Assembly: GCA_037132075.1 (NCBI GenBank) | Contig: JBAXPV010000012.1 | Location: 31,744 to 95,743, forward strand | DNA length: 64,000 nucleotides | From: Bacteroidota bacterium | GTDB lineage: Bacteria > Bacteroidota > Bacteroidia > Bacteroidales > CAIXZF01 | Direction: 5' to 3' | In this document: positions 9,642 to 20,231 of the stretch, piece by piece | Numbering within the stretch: the stretch's first letter is position 1 | Layout of the letters: each line of letters starts with the position of its first letter | Position numbers and translations under genes: made by a program | The notes under the pieces: model-generated | Told to the model about the DNA's origin: nothing | Seen by the model: the letters and a program-made list of their open reading frames with translations, nothing else | Databases searched by the model: none

Positions 9642-12422
9642 ATGAACAGGCTTTTCCTGCTTGATGCTATGGCCCTGATCTATCGGGCTTATTTTGCTTT
9701 AAATAAAAACCCAAGGATCAACTCCAAAGGGCTTAATACCTCTGCGATCCTTGGATTTGCGAATACACTGTACGACCTCATTCGTACTGAAAAACCAAGT
9801 CATATCGGGGTAGCTTTTGACACGATGGCGCCCACCGCAAGACACATTGAATTCACAGAATACAAGGCAAATCGCGAAAGCATGCCTGAAGACCTCGCTT
9901 TGTCAATTCCTTATATCAAAAAACTGATCGAAGCCTTCAACATACCGATCCTTTATGTTGATGGGTATGAAGCAGATGATGTCATCGGGACTTTGTCGCA
10001 AAAAGCCTACGAACAAGGCTTCACGACCTATATGATGACCCCGGATAAGGACTTTGGACAATTAGTCAACGACAGGACTTTTATGTACAAGCCGGCAAAA
10101 TTTGGTGAAAAAGCTCAGATATTAGGCGTCGCTGAAGTTTGTGAAAAATTTGGGGTTAAAAGACCGGGACAGATCATTGATTTGCTCGGACTGATGGGCG
10201 ATGCTGCCGACAACATACCCGGGATTTCCGGCGTGGGGCCTGTCACTGCAGTAAAATTACTGGCAGAATATGACAATATCGAAAATCTCCTGGCAAATGC
10301 CAGTTCGATTAAAAATGAGAAAGTAAGAGAGAAAGTTATTGCCGGGACAGACAGTGCTATCATGTCAAAGATGTTGGCTAAAATTACAATGGATGTCCCT
10401 ATTGACCTCGATGTACATAACCTTCATATGGGTGAGCCCGACCGCAAAGCCTTAAGAGAGCTGTTGGAAGAGCTGGAATTCAGAAATTTTGCCAAACGTG
10501 TCTTTACCGACCTTTCTGTTAGTGATGCCGAAAAGCAAAGACAAACCATTGGTGGCCTATTTGGAGATCTCACTTTCGAAGCCGGCGGCCATGTCCCATC
10601 TTCAATGAATGATATTCAGCAGTCAGATCATAAATATCACCTTGTAAATGAACACAATAACAAGGAAAACTTAATAAACAAACTGAAGCAGTGTCATTCA
10701 TTCTGCTTTGACACGGAAACTACTGGTCTCGATGTCAATAACTGCGAACTTGTCGGCGTTTCCTTCGCTTTCGAAGCAGGAGAAGCATTCTTTCTGAGGG
10801 TTTCCGACAACTATGAAGAAGCTATAGCCGAATTAAAAGACTACCAGTCGTTTTTTGAGGATGAGAAAATCGAAAAGATTGGGCAAAATTTAAAATTCGA
10901 CATTGCAGTCCTGCATTGGTATGAAGTCGAAGTAAAGGGACCGCTGTTCGACACCATGCTGGCACATTACCTGATCCAGCCTGACAGTCGGCATAATATG
11001 GACTTTTTATCAGAAACATACCTGGGGTACAAGCCTGTAAGCATCGAACAGCTTATCGGGAAAAAAGGGAAAGGCCAGGGAAATATGAGAAGGGTAGATA
11101 TCCAACTTTTAAAGGACTATGCAGCGGAAGATGCAGACGTCACCCTTCAGTTGGCGAACAAATTCAGGCCTATGCTGGTAGAGACCGATACCCAGCATCT
11201 ATTTGATGAGATTGAAATACCACTGCTTCCTGTTCTGGCATCTATGGAAGAAGAAGGAATCCGGATTGATAAAAATATCCTGGATGAATACTCGGTTCAG
11301 CTGAAAAAAGAGATCATCGTCTTAGAAACCGAAATTCTGGAACTTGCTGGGATGCCCTTTAACATTGCCTCTCCCAAACAATTGGGCGAAGTACTTTTTG
11401 ATCACTTGAACATCGTTGAGAAAGCCAAACAAACCAGTAAAACAGGCCAATATTCCACTGGGGAAGAGGTCTTAATCAAACTTGTTAATAAACATCCAAT
11501 TATTCAAAAAATATTAGACTACCGCTCCCTGAGTAAATTACGTTCCACTTATGTTGAACCACTTCCGGGAATGATCAATCCCAGGACTGGCAGGGTGCAT
11601 ACCAGTTTCAACCAGGCCGTTGCCGCAACTGGACGCCTTAGCTCTAACAACCCCAATTTACAGAATATCCCGATAAGGACAGAGCGTGGAAGGGAGATCC
11701 GCAAGGCTTTTGTTCCCAGGAATGAGGAATTCTTGTTGTTCTCAGCAGATTATTCTCAGGTTGAGCTTAGAATCATTGCTGCACTAAGCCATGACGAAGG
11801 GATGATTGAGGCTTTCCGGCAGGGTCACGATATACATGCAGCTACAGCAGCGAAGGTAAACAACATTCCATTGGAAGAAGTCACCAAAGAAATGCGCAGG
11901 ATGGCCAAATCAGTGAACTTCGGGATCATCTATGGCATCTCTGCTTTTGGGCTTTCAGAAAACCTCGGGATATCCAGGAAAGATGCAGCTGATCTTATTT
12001 CGCAATACTTCAAAGAATATCCCGGGATAAAAAAATATATGGAAGATTGCGTGGAACAGGCACGGATTAAAGGCTATGTGGAAACCATCATGAAAAGACG
12101 ACGTTATCTCAGGGACATCAATTCCAGTAACAGCGTTGTCAGGGGTTTTGCTGAGCGAAATGCCATCAATGCCCCGATACAGGGTTCTGCTGCCGATATG
12201 ATAAAAATCGCCATGATCAATATTCACAAAGCCATGAAAGAACAGAATCTGAAATCAAAAATGATTCTCCAGGTCCATGATGAGTTGGTTTTTGATGCCC
12301 ATAAAGATGAGTTAGCACTTTTAAAATCTTTGGTCTGCGACTTAATGAAAACAGCGATCCCGCTCGAAGTGCCGGTTGATGTAGATACCGGGATCGGCGG
12401 GAACTGGTTGGAAGCTCATTGA
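9642..12422 (+). CDS. polA: DNA polymerase I
   Basis: 926 aa with a 5' nuclease N-terminus, a 3'-5' exonuclease motif (FCFDTETTGLD), and polymerase motifs A (LFSADYSQVELRI), B (RRMAKSVNFGIIYG) and C (QVHDELVF). Confidence 0.97.
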   Translation: MNRLFLLDAMALIYRAYFALNKNPRINSKGLNTSAILGFANTLYDLIRTEKPSHIGVAFDTMAPTARHIEFTEYKANRESMPEDLALSIPYIKKLIEAFNIPILYVDGYEADDVIGTLSQKAYEQGFTTYMMTPDKDFGQLVNDRTFMYKPAKFGEKAQILGVAEVCEKFGVKRPGQIIDLLGLMGDAADNIPGISGVGPVTAVKLLAEYDNIENLLANASSIKNEKVREKVIAGTDSAIMSKMLAKITMDVPIDLDVHNLHMGEPDRKALRELLEELEFRNFAKRVFTDLSVSDAEKQRQTIGGLFGDLTFEAGGHVPSSMNDIQQSDHKYHLVNEHNNKENLINKLKQCHSFCFDTETTGLDVNNCELVGVSFAFEAGEAFFLRVSDNYEEAIAELKDYQSFFEDEKIEKIGQNLKFDIAVLHWYEVEVKGPLFDTMLAHYLIQPDSRHNMDFLSETYLGYKPVSIEQLIGKKGKGQGNMRRVDIQLLKDYAAEDADVTLQLANKFRPMLVETDTQHLFDEIEIPLLPVLASMEEEGIRIDKNILDEYSVQLKKEIIVLETEILELAGMPFNIASPKQLGEVLFDHLNIVEKAKQTSKTGQYSTGEEVLIKLVNKHPIIQKILDYRSLSKLRSTYVEPLPGMINPRTGRVHTSFNQAVAATGRLSSNNPNLQNIPIRTERGREIRKAFVPRNEEFLLFSADYSQVELRIIAALSHDEGMIEAFRQGHDIHAATAAKVNNIPLEEVTKEMRRMAKSVNFGIIYGISAFGLSENLGISRKDAADLISQYFKEYPGIKKYMEDCVEQARIKGYVETIMKRRRYLRDINSSNSVVRGFAERNAINAPIQGSAADMIKIAMINIHKAMKEQNLKSKMILQVHDELVFDAHKDELALLKSLVCDLMKTAIPLEVPVDVDTGIGGNWLEAH

Positions 12423-12472
12423 TCCGGGGGGCTATCTTCTAAGTTTGCTTCCTTATTCTCTTTTTCTGTTCC

Positions 12473-13921
12473 TTAATTCCTTATTGCTTTCTTATAAAGC
12501 TCATACATAGACATCACGTCATTTACGAAGTTAAACGGCTCATCTCCACGGCAATAGCCATAGAAAGCCAAGCGATCCTGGTAGAATTTTGGCTCTGATT
12601 TCCTTAATAAAAAAGTGTCAACGGCACCAGTCCATTTCAATTTGTTCTTTTTATATTTTTCAGCCAGCCGGCGCGCATCGAACACATGGCCTATGCCCAC
12701 ATTGTAGGAGGCCAGCACGAACTTCTGCCGCTCCGACTTATCAGGAACTTTGTCGAGAAACTGCTTCTCTATACTTCCCAGATAAGCGACACCAGCCTGT
12801 ATTTGCTTATCTGTCGATGAAAGTGAATCTACACCATACATCTCCAGGGTTTCCGGCATTAGCTGCATCAAACCTGTTGCACCTGACCATGCCTGCGCAT
12901 CGGGATGAAACTTCGATTCATAGTAAATGACAGCAGCTACCAGACGCCAATCCCAATCGATTAATTTGCTGTATTTTCGGATACTCTCATCATAAGGCGA
13001 TATTTTCCCATGCTTCACATTTGATGGAATTGCCGATTCAAAATGTACATTACGCGGCCTTACATAATATTTATCATACAGACTTGCGTAATCAACAGAC
13101 TTCTTGTACTTCTGAAACCATTTGTTAAAGTCAGACTGGAGGTCTTCTGAATTTCTCGACACTGACCAAACCAGGTTTTGCTCACTTCCCAAAGGCGTTT
13201 TGAAATCGATAATGGGATAATACTTCTGATTGGCCTGGGCAACAAGATCATAACTAACTGTAAAAGGAATTTTGCCATTAGCAACGGCTGTGATCAGCTG
13301 GTCTGTATGAAAATCAAGGTTTTCTACAATATGAATAGAGTCCTTCGACCCAATGGTTAAAAAGGTCATTAATTTAACCAGTGGACTTCCCTTTTCAATA
13401 TAAACTGATTGCCCGTCTAACTGCTTGACATCTCTTATCAGCCTGGATTCAAGGCGGTCATAACCCATCGCTGACCAGCCGTCTGGTTTACGCTGAACAA
13501 GAACGGGCCTGGCTTTCAAAATGGCATTGGTAAACAAAAACTGCTTTCCTTTTTCGAGATTCGCCGGAAGATAAAGACATTGAATATCAACATTCCCTTT
13601 GGCAAGATCATCATAAGTAGAATCAATACTTGAGGCAACATTCATCTCAAGCTTGACACCCAAATGGTCGGCATAGTCTTTCATCACTTCATAGGTAAAC
13701 CCCATGGGCGTTCCCCTGTAAATGAAATAAGATGTTGAGTTGTAATAAGTAACCGCTCTTAACTTTCCGCTTTGACGGACTTGCTGTAAACCATAAATAA
13801 GTGGCTTCCTGACAATATTCATGGCCTCATTCCTCTGGCATGAGAGTGGAACAAACAGAATCCCGGGGATAATTCCCGTGAGAAACCAACGCATCCTGTA
13901 TTTACGTAAAAGCCTTAGCAA
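12473..13921 (-). CDS. MltF-like membrane-bound lytic murein transglycosylase (solute-binding domain + SLT domain)
   Basis: 482 aa with an N-terminal SBP_bac_3-like region and a C-terminal SLT motif (YYESKFHPDAQAWSGATGLMQLMP...SYNVG). An alternative start exists at 13894. Confidence 0.85.
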   Translation of the reverse strand: MLRLLRKYRMRWFLTGIIPGILFVPLSCQRNEAMNIVRKPLIYGLQQVRQSGKLRAVTYYNSTSYFIYRGTPMGFTYEVMKDYADHLGVKLEMNVASSIDSTYDDLAKGNVDIQCLYLPANLEKGKQFLFTNAILKARPVLVQRKPDGWSAMGYDRLESRLIRDVKQLDGQSVYIEKGSPLVKLMTFLTIGSKDSIHIVENLDFHTDQLITAVANGKIPFTVSYDLVAQANQKYYPIIDFKTPLGSEQNLVWSVSRNSEDLQSDFNKWFQKYKKSVDYASLYDKYYVRPRNVHFESAIPSNVKHGKISPYDESIRKYSKLIDWDWRLVAAVIYYESKFHPDAQAWSGATGLMQLMPETLEMYGVDSLSSTDKQIQAGVAYLGSIEKQFLDKVPDKSERQKFVLASYNVGIGHVFDARRLAEKYKKNKLKWTGAVDTFLLRKSEPKFYQDRLAFYGYCRGDEPFNFVNDVMSMYELYKKAIRN

Positions 13922-14100
13922 TAGTGATTTTTAATCATTTGTTTACGGAAATACGCAAAAACGCAGGAAAAGGTTTCAATTAATCCCCTGATAATCTACT
14001 CTTAAGCCTTAAAGAGAGAAAATAAACGTTTTACAATTGTATACGAGAAAACCTTCCCGCTTAAATCATTCTGCCCGAAATCGCAGAAAAGCAGCTTTCG

Positions 14101-14140
14101 GCCTAATAGCCTTCAGCCTAACAGCCCTCAGCCTAATTAG
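14101..14140. repeat. 15-bp imperfect tandem repeat, about 2.7 copies (GCCTAAYAGCCYTCA)
   Basis: gcctaatagccttca / gcctaacagccctca / gcctaattag, overlapping the stop codon of the ABC-2 permease gene. Confidence 0.7.
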
Positions 14141-15254
14141 TCTTCCGGTATCTCCAAACCGCTAGCGAAAAAACAGAAATCCCTATGACAAGAAGCGATC
14201 CTAATTCATGCCTGACATCCCTAAAGCCTGATCCCTTGAGCAGGACCATTCTCATAATTCTGATAAAATAAGCCACTGGGTTTGCCCTGTTGATCTCCTG
14301 GGCCCAAACAGGCATATTTTCAGCAGCGGTAAACAATCCGCTCATCAAAATGAAAATAATCATAAAGAAGAAAGAGACAAACATCGCTTGCTGCTGCGTA
14401 TTTGAAACCGTAGAAACGAGCAGGCCGATCCCAAGGATCCCGAAAATGTATACTGCCGCTGACAAAAAGATAAGCCACAAACTACCGACCATGGGAATTC
14501 CAAACAACAATTTTCCCACTGTCAATCCAAAGGCCAGCTCAAACAAAGCAATAAACATAAATGGCAAAAGCTTGCCAATGATAAATTGCGATTTGCGGAT
14601 CGGGGTAACATTAATTTGTTCTATCGTGCCGATTTCTTTCTCTCTTACTACATTCATTGCTGATAAAATCAAACTGACAACGGTCACCAGGATTGCCAGG
14701 ATCCCGGGAACCATAAAAGCCTTGTAATTCAGCTCGGGGTTATACCAAAAAGAATAGGGAACCTCAATTGCCCTGGCTGACACTTCAACATTGGCATTGG
14801 CCTGCTGAAGGTCCCGGCTGAACTGCTGGATGGCCGACTGCGCATAGGCATTGGTCAGGCCACCAGTGGTCCCGTTGATGGCATTCACAACTAGCTGAAC
14901 ATGGATACGCTGTCCGGAAAGGATCTCCTTTTCCAGGTTTTGCGGAAGCTGCAGAATCGCATCCGCTTTCCCTTGCTGCATGGATTCTTCTCCGGCTGAA
15001 AGGGAGGCCGAATACCCTGTAATTTTGAAAAATGGAGACCCGGAAAAATGAGAGATGAGTTCCCTCGAAACAACAGATCTGTCAAGGTCAACGACAAATA
15101 ACCTTGAATTTTTAATCTCAAAGGTCGCCGCATTCACAATAATGATCAGCTGAACGATGGGAAGCATAAAGATAATTGGCAGCATCGCCTTATTGCGAAA
15201 GACTTGCCGGAACTCCTTTTGTAAGATATATCCTATCGTTCTCATCTCAGTCAA
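14133..15254 (-). CDS. ABC-2 type transporter permease
   Basis: 373 aa. One N-terminal TM segment, a large loop and five C-terminal TM segments match ABC-2 topology. It is the last gene of the exporter operon. Confidence 0.85.
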   Translation of the reverse strand: MTEMRTIGYILQKEFRQVFRNKAMLPIIFMLPIVQLIIIVNAATFEIKNSRLFVVDLDRSVVSRELISHFSGSPFFKITGYSASLSAGEESMQQGKADAILQLPQNLEKEILSGQRIHVQLVVNAINGTTGGLTNAYAQSAIQQFSRDLQQANANVEVSARAIEVPYSFWYNPELNYKAFMVPGILAILVTVVSLILSAMNVVREKEIGTIEQINVTPIRKSQFIIGKLLPFMFIALFELAFGLTVGKLLFGIPMVGSLWLIFLSAAVYIFGILGIGLLVSTVSNTQQQAMFVSFFFMIIFILMSGLFTAAENMPVWAQEINRANPVAYFIRIMRMVLLKGSGFRDVRHELGSLLVIGISVFSLAVWRYRKTN

Positions 15255-16353
15255 GTCTAATTTTAAATTTTTTCACACTAAGCCCAATAAATATAAAGCT
15301 CATCATTACCAAAACCAGGGTTTCCTTCCAGATATATTGAAAACCATTTCCTTTCAGCATGATCTCTTTTAAAATTGAAATAAACCATCGTGGAGGCATA
15401 ACTTGACAAAGCGCTTGTAAAGGCACAGGCATATTTTCAATCGGGTAGATAAATCCTGATAGCAGAATCGTCGGCAACATGAGGCCTACCAGGGAAATCA
15501 TCATGGCAAGCTGTTGTGTCTTTACGAGTGTTGAAATCAGAATTCCAAGTGTAAGCGCCACCATGATGTACAATGTACACTCCAGCATCAGCAACGCCAG
15601 GCTTCCCAGGATAGGAACACCAAATACAAACTTCGCCACCAGCAGAATCATGCTTGCATTCAGGAACGACAACAACACATAAGGCGTTACTTTACCCAGG
15701 ATGATCTGAACGGGCCGAAGGGGAGAGACCAAAAGGACTTCCATAGTCCCCATTTCTTTTTCACGGGTGATTGATATGGAAGTCATCAAGGCAGAAATAA
15801 GAATCAGCAACATCGCCATGATTCCGGGCACAAACATAAAGACACCCTTTAGTCCGGGATTATATGCCATCCTGACTTCTGTGGTGATCCCTGGACTATG
15901 GCCATTAGCGGCATTCTCAAGCCTGACAAAGTCCTGGATGATCCCTTGGGTATAATTTACCAGCAAGTTCGCTGTATTGGGCTCTGAGGCATCTGCAATG
16001 AGCTGCGCGGAGGCTTTGTTGTTCCTGATAAATTTCTGTCCGAAATCCGGCTCATAAACAATCACCATCTTTACATTCCCTTCTCTGAAAGTTGCCTCTA
16101 TGTCTTTTGTTGAAGAAAGATAACGGTCAAGCTTAAAGTAGCCCGTAGAAATGATTTTATTGGTAAGTTTTTGAGTTATTTGATCATTCGAAAGATCCAA
16201 AACCGCAATCCTTGCATCCTTTATTTCATTGGTGATGGCAAAACCGAACAACAACATCTGTACAACAGGAATGCCAAACAATATCGCTAAAGTCCGGGAA
16301 TCACGAAGGATGTGGAAAACCTCTTTGGTGATAAATCCATAAAAACGTCTCAT
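15247..16353 (-). CDS. ABC-2 type transporter permease
   Basis: 368 aa, a paralogue of the downstream permease. It overlaps its neighbours by 8 and 4 nt. Confidence 0.85.
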   Translation of the reverse strand: MRRFYGFITKEVFHILRDSRTLAILFGIPVVQMLLFGFAITNEIKDARIAVLDLSNDQITQKLTNKIISTGYFKLDRYLSSTKDIEATFREGNVKMVIVYEPDFGQKFIRNNKASAQLIADASEPNTANLLVNYTQGIIQDFVRLENAANGHSPGITTEVRMAYNPGLKGVFMFVPGIMAMLLILISALMTSISITREKEMGTMEVLLVSPLRPVQIILGKVTPYVLLSFLNASMILLVAKFVFGVPILGSLALLMLECTLYIMVALTLGILISTLVKTQQLAMMISLVGLMLPTILLSGFIYPIENMPVPLQALCQVMPPRWFISILKEIMLKGNGFQYIWKETLVLVMMSFIFIGLSVKKFKIRLD

Positions 16354-17093
16354 AAGGCTTCTGTATTACGGGCAAGTTTTAGAAAGACCTCATTCATGCT
16401 GTCAACATGATATTGCTTTTTCAGTACCGTCGGGTGATCCAGCGCAACAATACGCCCCTCTGTCATGATTGTGGCACGGTCACAGTATTCAGCCTCGTCC
16501 ATATAATGCGTCGTTACAAATACCGTTATTCCTTCGCTTGCTGCTTCGTGGATCATCTCCCAAAACTGTCGACGGGTGATCGGGTCAACACCTCCGGTAG
16601 GTTCATCCAGAAATACTATGCGTGGCTTGTGAAGTATTGCCACCGAGAATGCAAGCTTTTGCCGCCATCCCAAGGGCAAACTGCCAATCAGACTGTCACG
16701 CTTATCCCAAAGATCCAGCTTTTCCAGTAACAGCTGCGTGCTCTCCTTGATGACATCCCTGCGGAGCCCATAAATTCCCCCATAAAAACGAATGTTCTCA
16801 CGTAAAGTTAGGTCCTCGTATAAAGAAAATTTCTGGCTCATATAGCCAATTTCCTTTTTTATCTTATCTGCTTCTTTATAAACATCGTAACCCGCTATAC
16901 GCACCTCACCAGATGTTGGCGCAGACAAACCACAAAGGATCCTCAGGGCTGTGGTCTTTCCAGCGCCATTGGCTCCCAGGAAGCCAAAGATCTCACCTTC
17001 ATAAACATCGAAATTCAAATGGTCGTTTGCCACAAATTTCCCGAAGCGCTTCACCAGGTCCCTGACTTCTATAACTTTTTTAGCCTCACTCAT
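16350..17093 (-). CDS. ABC transporter ATP-binding protein
   Basis: Walker A GANGAGKTT, signature motif context, Walker B IVFLDEPT. Confidence 0.9.
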   Translation of the reverse strand: MSEAKKVIEVRDLVKRFGKFVANDHLNFDVYEGEIFGFLGANGAGKTTALRILCGLSAPTSGEVRIAGYDVYKEADKIKKEIGYMSQKFSLYEDLTLRENIRFYGGIYGLRRDVIKESTQLLLEKLDLWDKRDSLIGSLPLGWRQKLAFSVAILHKPRIVFLDEPTGGVDPITRRQFWEMIHEAASEGITVFVTTHYMDEAEYCDRATIMTEGRIVALDHPTVLKKQYHVDSMNEVFLKLARNTEAL

Positions 17094-18013
17094 TTTTCTT
17101 CTGCATTACTCATCAATGAAATAAAACAGTCTTCAACGCCTGGTTTGATTTCTTCAATTTCGACTGAGATATTCCCATTCGAAAAAAGCCTCTGGAAAAT
17201 GTCATCCCTTGACATCGTTCCCATATGTGTAAAATGGACTTTCTGCCCAAAAAGATAAGCGTGATCCACTTCCTCAATCAGACGAAGATCGTGAAGCAAT
17301 TTGTAATTATCCTGAGCACTTGCAGCCAACAGTTTCCCTTTGAAAAGCTGTGGTATTCTGCGAGGCTCGTCCATTGCCATAATGCGACCCTGCTGCACCA
17401 AAGCTACCCGGTCACAAAGGCTTGCCTCATCCATATATGGTGTAGAAACCAGGATCGTGATCCCTTCTTTTTGCAGGCGCTTCAGCATCTCCCAGAATTC
17501 CTTGCGGGAGATCGCATCAACGCCGGTTGTCGGTTCGTCCAGGATTAACACTTCCGGCTTATGAATCAAGGCACAGCTTAAGGCAAGCTTTTGCTTCATT
17601 CCACCGGAAAGTTTCCCAGCCAAACGATGTTTAAACGGTTCCAGTTGAGAATAGATCTCTTTGATCAGGTAGTAATTGTCCGCTACATTGACATCAAAGA
17701 TCCTCGCATAAAAATTCAGATTCTGAGAAACGGTGAGATCCTGGTATAAAGAGAAACGACCCGGCATATAGCCCAGGATGTGCCGTATTTCGCGGTAATC
17801 CTTAACGACATCGAAACCCTTCAGGCTTGCGATGCCGGCAGACGGCAACAACAACGTCGATAAAATCCTGAACAAGCTGGTTTTCCCACCACCATCCGGA
17901 CCGAGGAACCCGATAAGTTCTGCTTTTCCAGCCTCAAAGCTGACAGAATCCAATGCCAGCGTCTTTCCATATGACTTTGAGATCCCAGATGCCTTAACTA
18001 TGATATCCTGCAT
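17090..18013 (-). CDS. ABC transporter ATP-binding protein
   Basis: Walker A GPDGGGKTS, signature LSGGMKQK, Walker B VLILDEPT. Confidence 0.9.
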   Translation of the reverse strand: MQDIIVKASGISKSYGKTLALDSVSFEAGKAELIGFLGPDGGGKTSLFRILSTLLLPSAGIASLKGFDVVKDYREIRHILGYMPGRFSLYQDLTVSQNLNFYARIFDVNVADNYYLIKEIYSQLEPFKHRLAGKLSGGMKQKLALSCALIHKPEVLILDEPTTGVDAISRKEFWEMLKRLQKEGITILVSTPYMDEASLCDRVALVQQGRIMAMDEPRRIPQLFKGKLLAASAQDNYKLLHDLRLIEEVDHAYLFGQKVHFTHMGTMSRDDIFQRLFSNGNISVEIEEIKPGVEDCFISLMSNAEEK

Positions 18014-18019
18014 CGCTGC

Positions 18020-18913
18020 TTATTCTTTAAAATTCACCTCGCCGGGCATGTTGATCTTAATGCTGCCATCATTGGCAACGCTCACTTTAACGGCATAAAC
18101 CATATTGACCCTTTCTTCTTTGGTCTGGATAATTTTTGGCGTAAACTCTGCAGAAGGCGAGATCCAGGAAACGCCTCCTTTTAACATTGTATTTTTGGTC
18201 TTATCTTTATCAATAAAAACATCCACTGCCTGGCCTAATTTGACCTTGCTTAATTGATCACCACTAATATAAACCCGAAGGTACATGGTCGTCAGGTCGG
18301 CAAGTTTGTATAAAGGCTTTCCCGGGCTGGCGAGTTCTCCTCCCTCAGCAAAACGATTCAAAATGGTCCCTTGTGACGGCGAAACAATCCAGCAGCGACC
18401 CAGGGAAACGCGTAACAACTGAACCTGCCGGTCAAGATTCTGCAATTCCCCGTCCAGGCTCTTTTCCTGAACCCTTGTTGTCTGTAACTGTTTGTCAATT
18501 ACCTTGAGGTTGCCGTCCATATCATCCATTTGCTTTCGGGTGGCAGCCTTTTCTTTGAATAGACTTTCAAGTCTTTTCTGTTCGATGATCATGTTTGTTT
18601 TTTGTTGCTCCTGAACATCGATCTGGGCCTGGAATCCTGATTGCTTCAACACCAAAGAATTGCGTTGGGCAAGCAATCCTTCTCTTTTTAGAAAGAAATC
18701 AGTAGTGTCGATCAGGCCTAAGGTATCACCTGCCTTCACTATTTGTCCTTCTTCGCAATGAAAGAACAAAATCCTTCCCTGTGATTCAGCAGAACAAGTG
18801 ATCTCGGTTGATTCAAAATTTCCATAGGCATCAGATGTTCCTTTGTTGCCGGAACATGACTGAAGCAGCGTACCTGCAACGATGGCAGGGAGTAAAATTC
18901 TTATAACTTTCAT
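18020..18913 (-). CDS. HlyD-family membrane fusion (periplasmic adaptor) protein
   Basis: 297 aa with a lipobox (LLQSCS), a central coiled coil and a barrel-sandwich pattern. Confidence 0.85.
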   Translation of the reverse strand: MKVIRILLPAIVAGTLLQSCSGNKGTSDAYGNFESTEITCSAESQGRILFFHCEEGQIVKAGDTLGLIDTTDFFLKREGLLAQRNSLVLKQSGFQAQIDVQEQQKTNMIIEQKRLESLFKEKAATRKQMDDMDGNLKVIDKQLQTTRVQEKSLDGELQNLDRQVQLLRVSLGRCWIVSPSQGTILNRFAEGGELASPGKPLYKLADLTTMYLRVYISGDQLSKVKLGQAVDVFIDKDKTKNTMLKGGVSWISPSAEFTPKIIQTKEERVNMVYAVKVSVANDGSIKINMPGEVNFKE

Positions 18914-18929
18914 CGTATCCTATATTAGC

Positions 18930-20231
18930 TTATTGAATATTAATCCCTTGAATTGTCAGAAAATCAACCCTGGCTTTCACTTCCTGCAAGCGGTGTGTCT
19001 CCTTACTCATCCTAGCCTGTATTTCCTGGTTTAACTCGATCAGATAATCAGTCGAGGTGATTACGCCATTTTCCAATTGAGCGGCAGCGGAATGTGATAT
19101 TTTTTCCCTCAGGCCAATAATTCTGTCGTCTTTTTGCATTAAATCCCTATACTTTTGAACCTCAGAAATTTGTTTAATCGCAGCCACTTTTGTGTTTAAT
19201 TCAAAAGCTTCCGACTGGGTACTCACGATTTCCTTCTGAAAATCAAGGATGTCTTTCTCTTTACGTGCCTGGTGCCAATCCCACATACTCCAGCTTAATT
19301 TTGCACCAAGCATATAATATGTGTCAAATCCATCATGAAACATATTATAACCAGGCTTTCCATATCCTGCCTCGCCAAAAGCAGCGAGTTTCGGGATGTT
19401 TTTTGTGCTCACAAGATTTTTATTGGCCTCCAGTCGGCTTTGCTGCAGCTCAAATCCCACAAGTTCTGGACGTATGCTTTTTATCCCAGCCGCTCCCCCT
19501 ATATCAGCCTTTGGCATCCCGGCATGACGGCTTAAACTCAGGTTTTGCCCTGTCCATTGACTGAGCATATCCAGCGCATTCTGCCGCTCATCATCCAGCT
19601 CTATGATTCTCTGTTCCATTTTAACCAGTTCTGCCCGAATTACATCAGCTTCGCTTTCAAGTAAAACGCCATGCGCAACACCTGACTCTGCATTTTTGAG
19701 TTTCAAACTCAGGTCTTCCTGGAACTTTAGCAGTATTTTATCATTTTCTTCATAAAAAGCATAGGCAAAAAACAGCAGGTTGATTTTTTCCCTGATCTGA
19801 TAAAGCTGAATTTCCACATTCTGCTGATCTAGCTGCAAGTTTGCCTGTTCGATAGCTTTCTGGGTGCTGACTTGTTTCCCGTCATAAATCACCTGGGAAA
19901 CATTGAGGTTTAAACGCTCTATGTCTTTGTCGATCACAGGTGGCTTAAAAAAGGCAGTGCTAATTCCCAGCTCGGTAACATCGCTTTGATACGATGCCTG
20001 CCCATTCATATCCAGTTTGGGCAACCAGGTGTCACTCAACTGTTGCAGACGGATATCGCTTGCTTTTGCAAGTATATCCTTTTGTTTTAAAACAGGGTAA
20101 TTCTCCCTTGCTTTTTGTTGTAACCAGGGTAGCGACAAGCTATCGGGTACTTGCCCGGCTCCGCTGTAACCTATACCCAGTAAAATTACGGTAATCCAGA
20201 TCTTCATGATACGATTTCTATAAGTCATCAT
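18930..20231 (-). CDS. TolC-family outer membrane efflux protein
   Basis: 433 aa with a signal peptide from an internal M (MKIWITVILLG; alternative start 20207). The sequence shows a two-fold repeated helical/beta pattern. Confidence 0.85.
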   Translation of the reverse strand: MMTYRNRIMKIWITVILLGIGYSGAGQVPDSLSLPWLQQKARENYPVLKQKDILAKASDIRLQQLSDTWLPKLDMNGQASYQSDVTELGISTAFFKPPVIDKDIERLNLNVSQVIYDGKQVSTQKAIEQANLQLDQQNVEIQLYQIREKINLLFFAYAFYEENDKILLKFQEDLSLKLKNAESGVAHGVLLESEADVIRAELVKMEQRIIELDDERQNALDMLSQWTGQNLSLSRHAGMPKADIGGAAGIKSIRPELVGFELQQSRLEANKNLVSTKNIPKLAAFGEAGYGKPGYNMFHDGFDTYYMLGAKLSWSMWDWHQARKEKDILDFQKEIVSTQSEAFELNTKVAAIKQISEVQKYRDLMQKDDRIIGLREKISHSAAAQLENGVITSTDYLIELNQEIQARMSKETHRLQEVKARVDFLTIQGINIQ

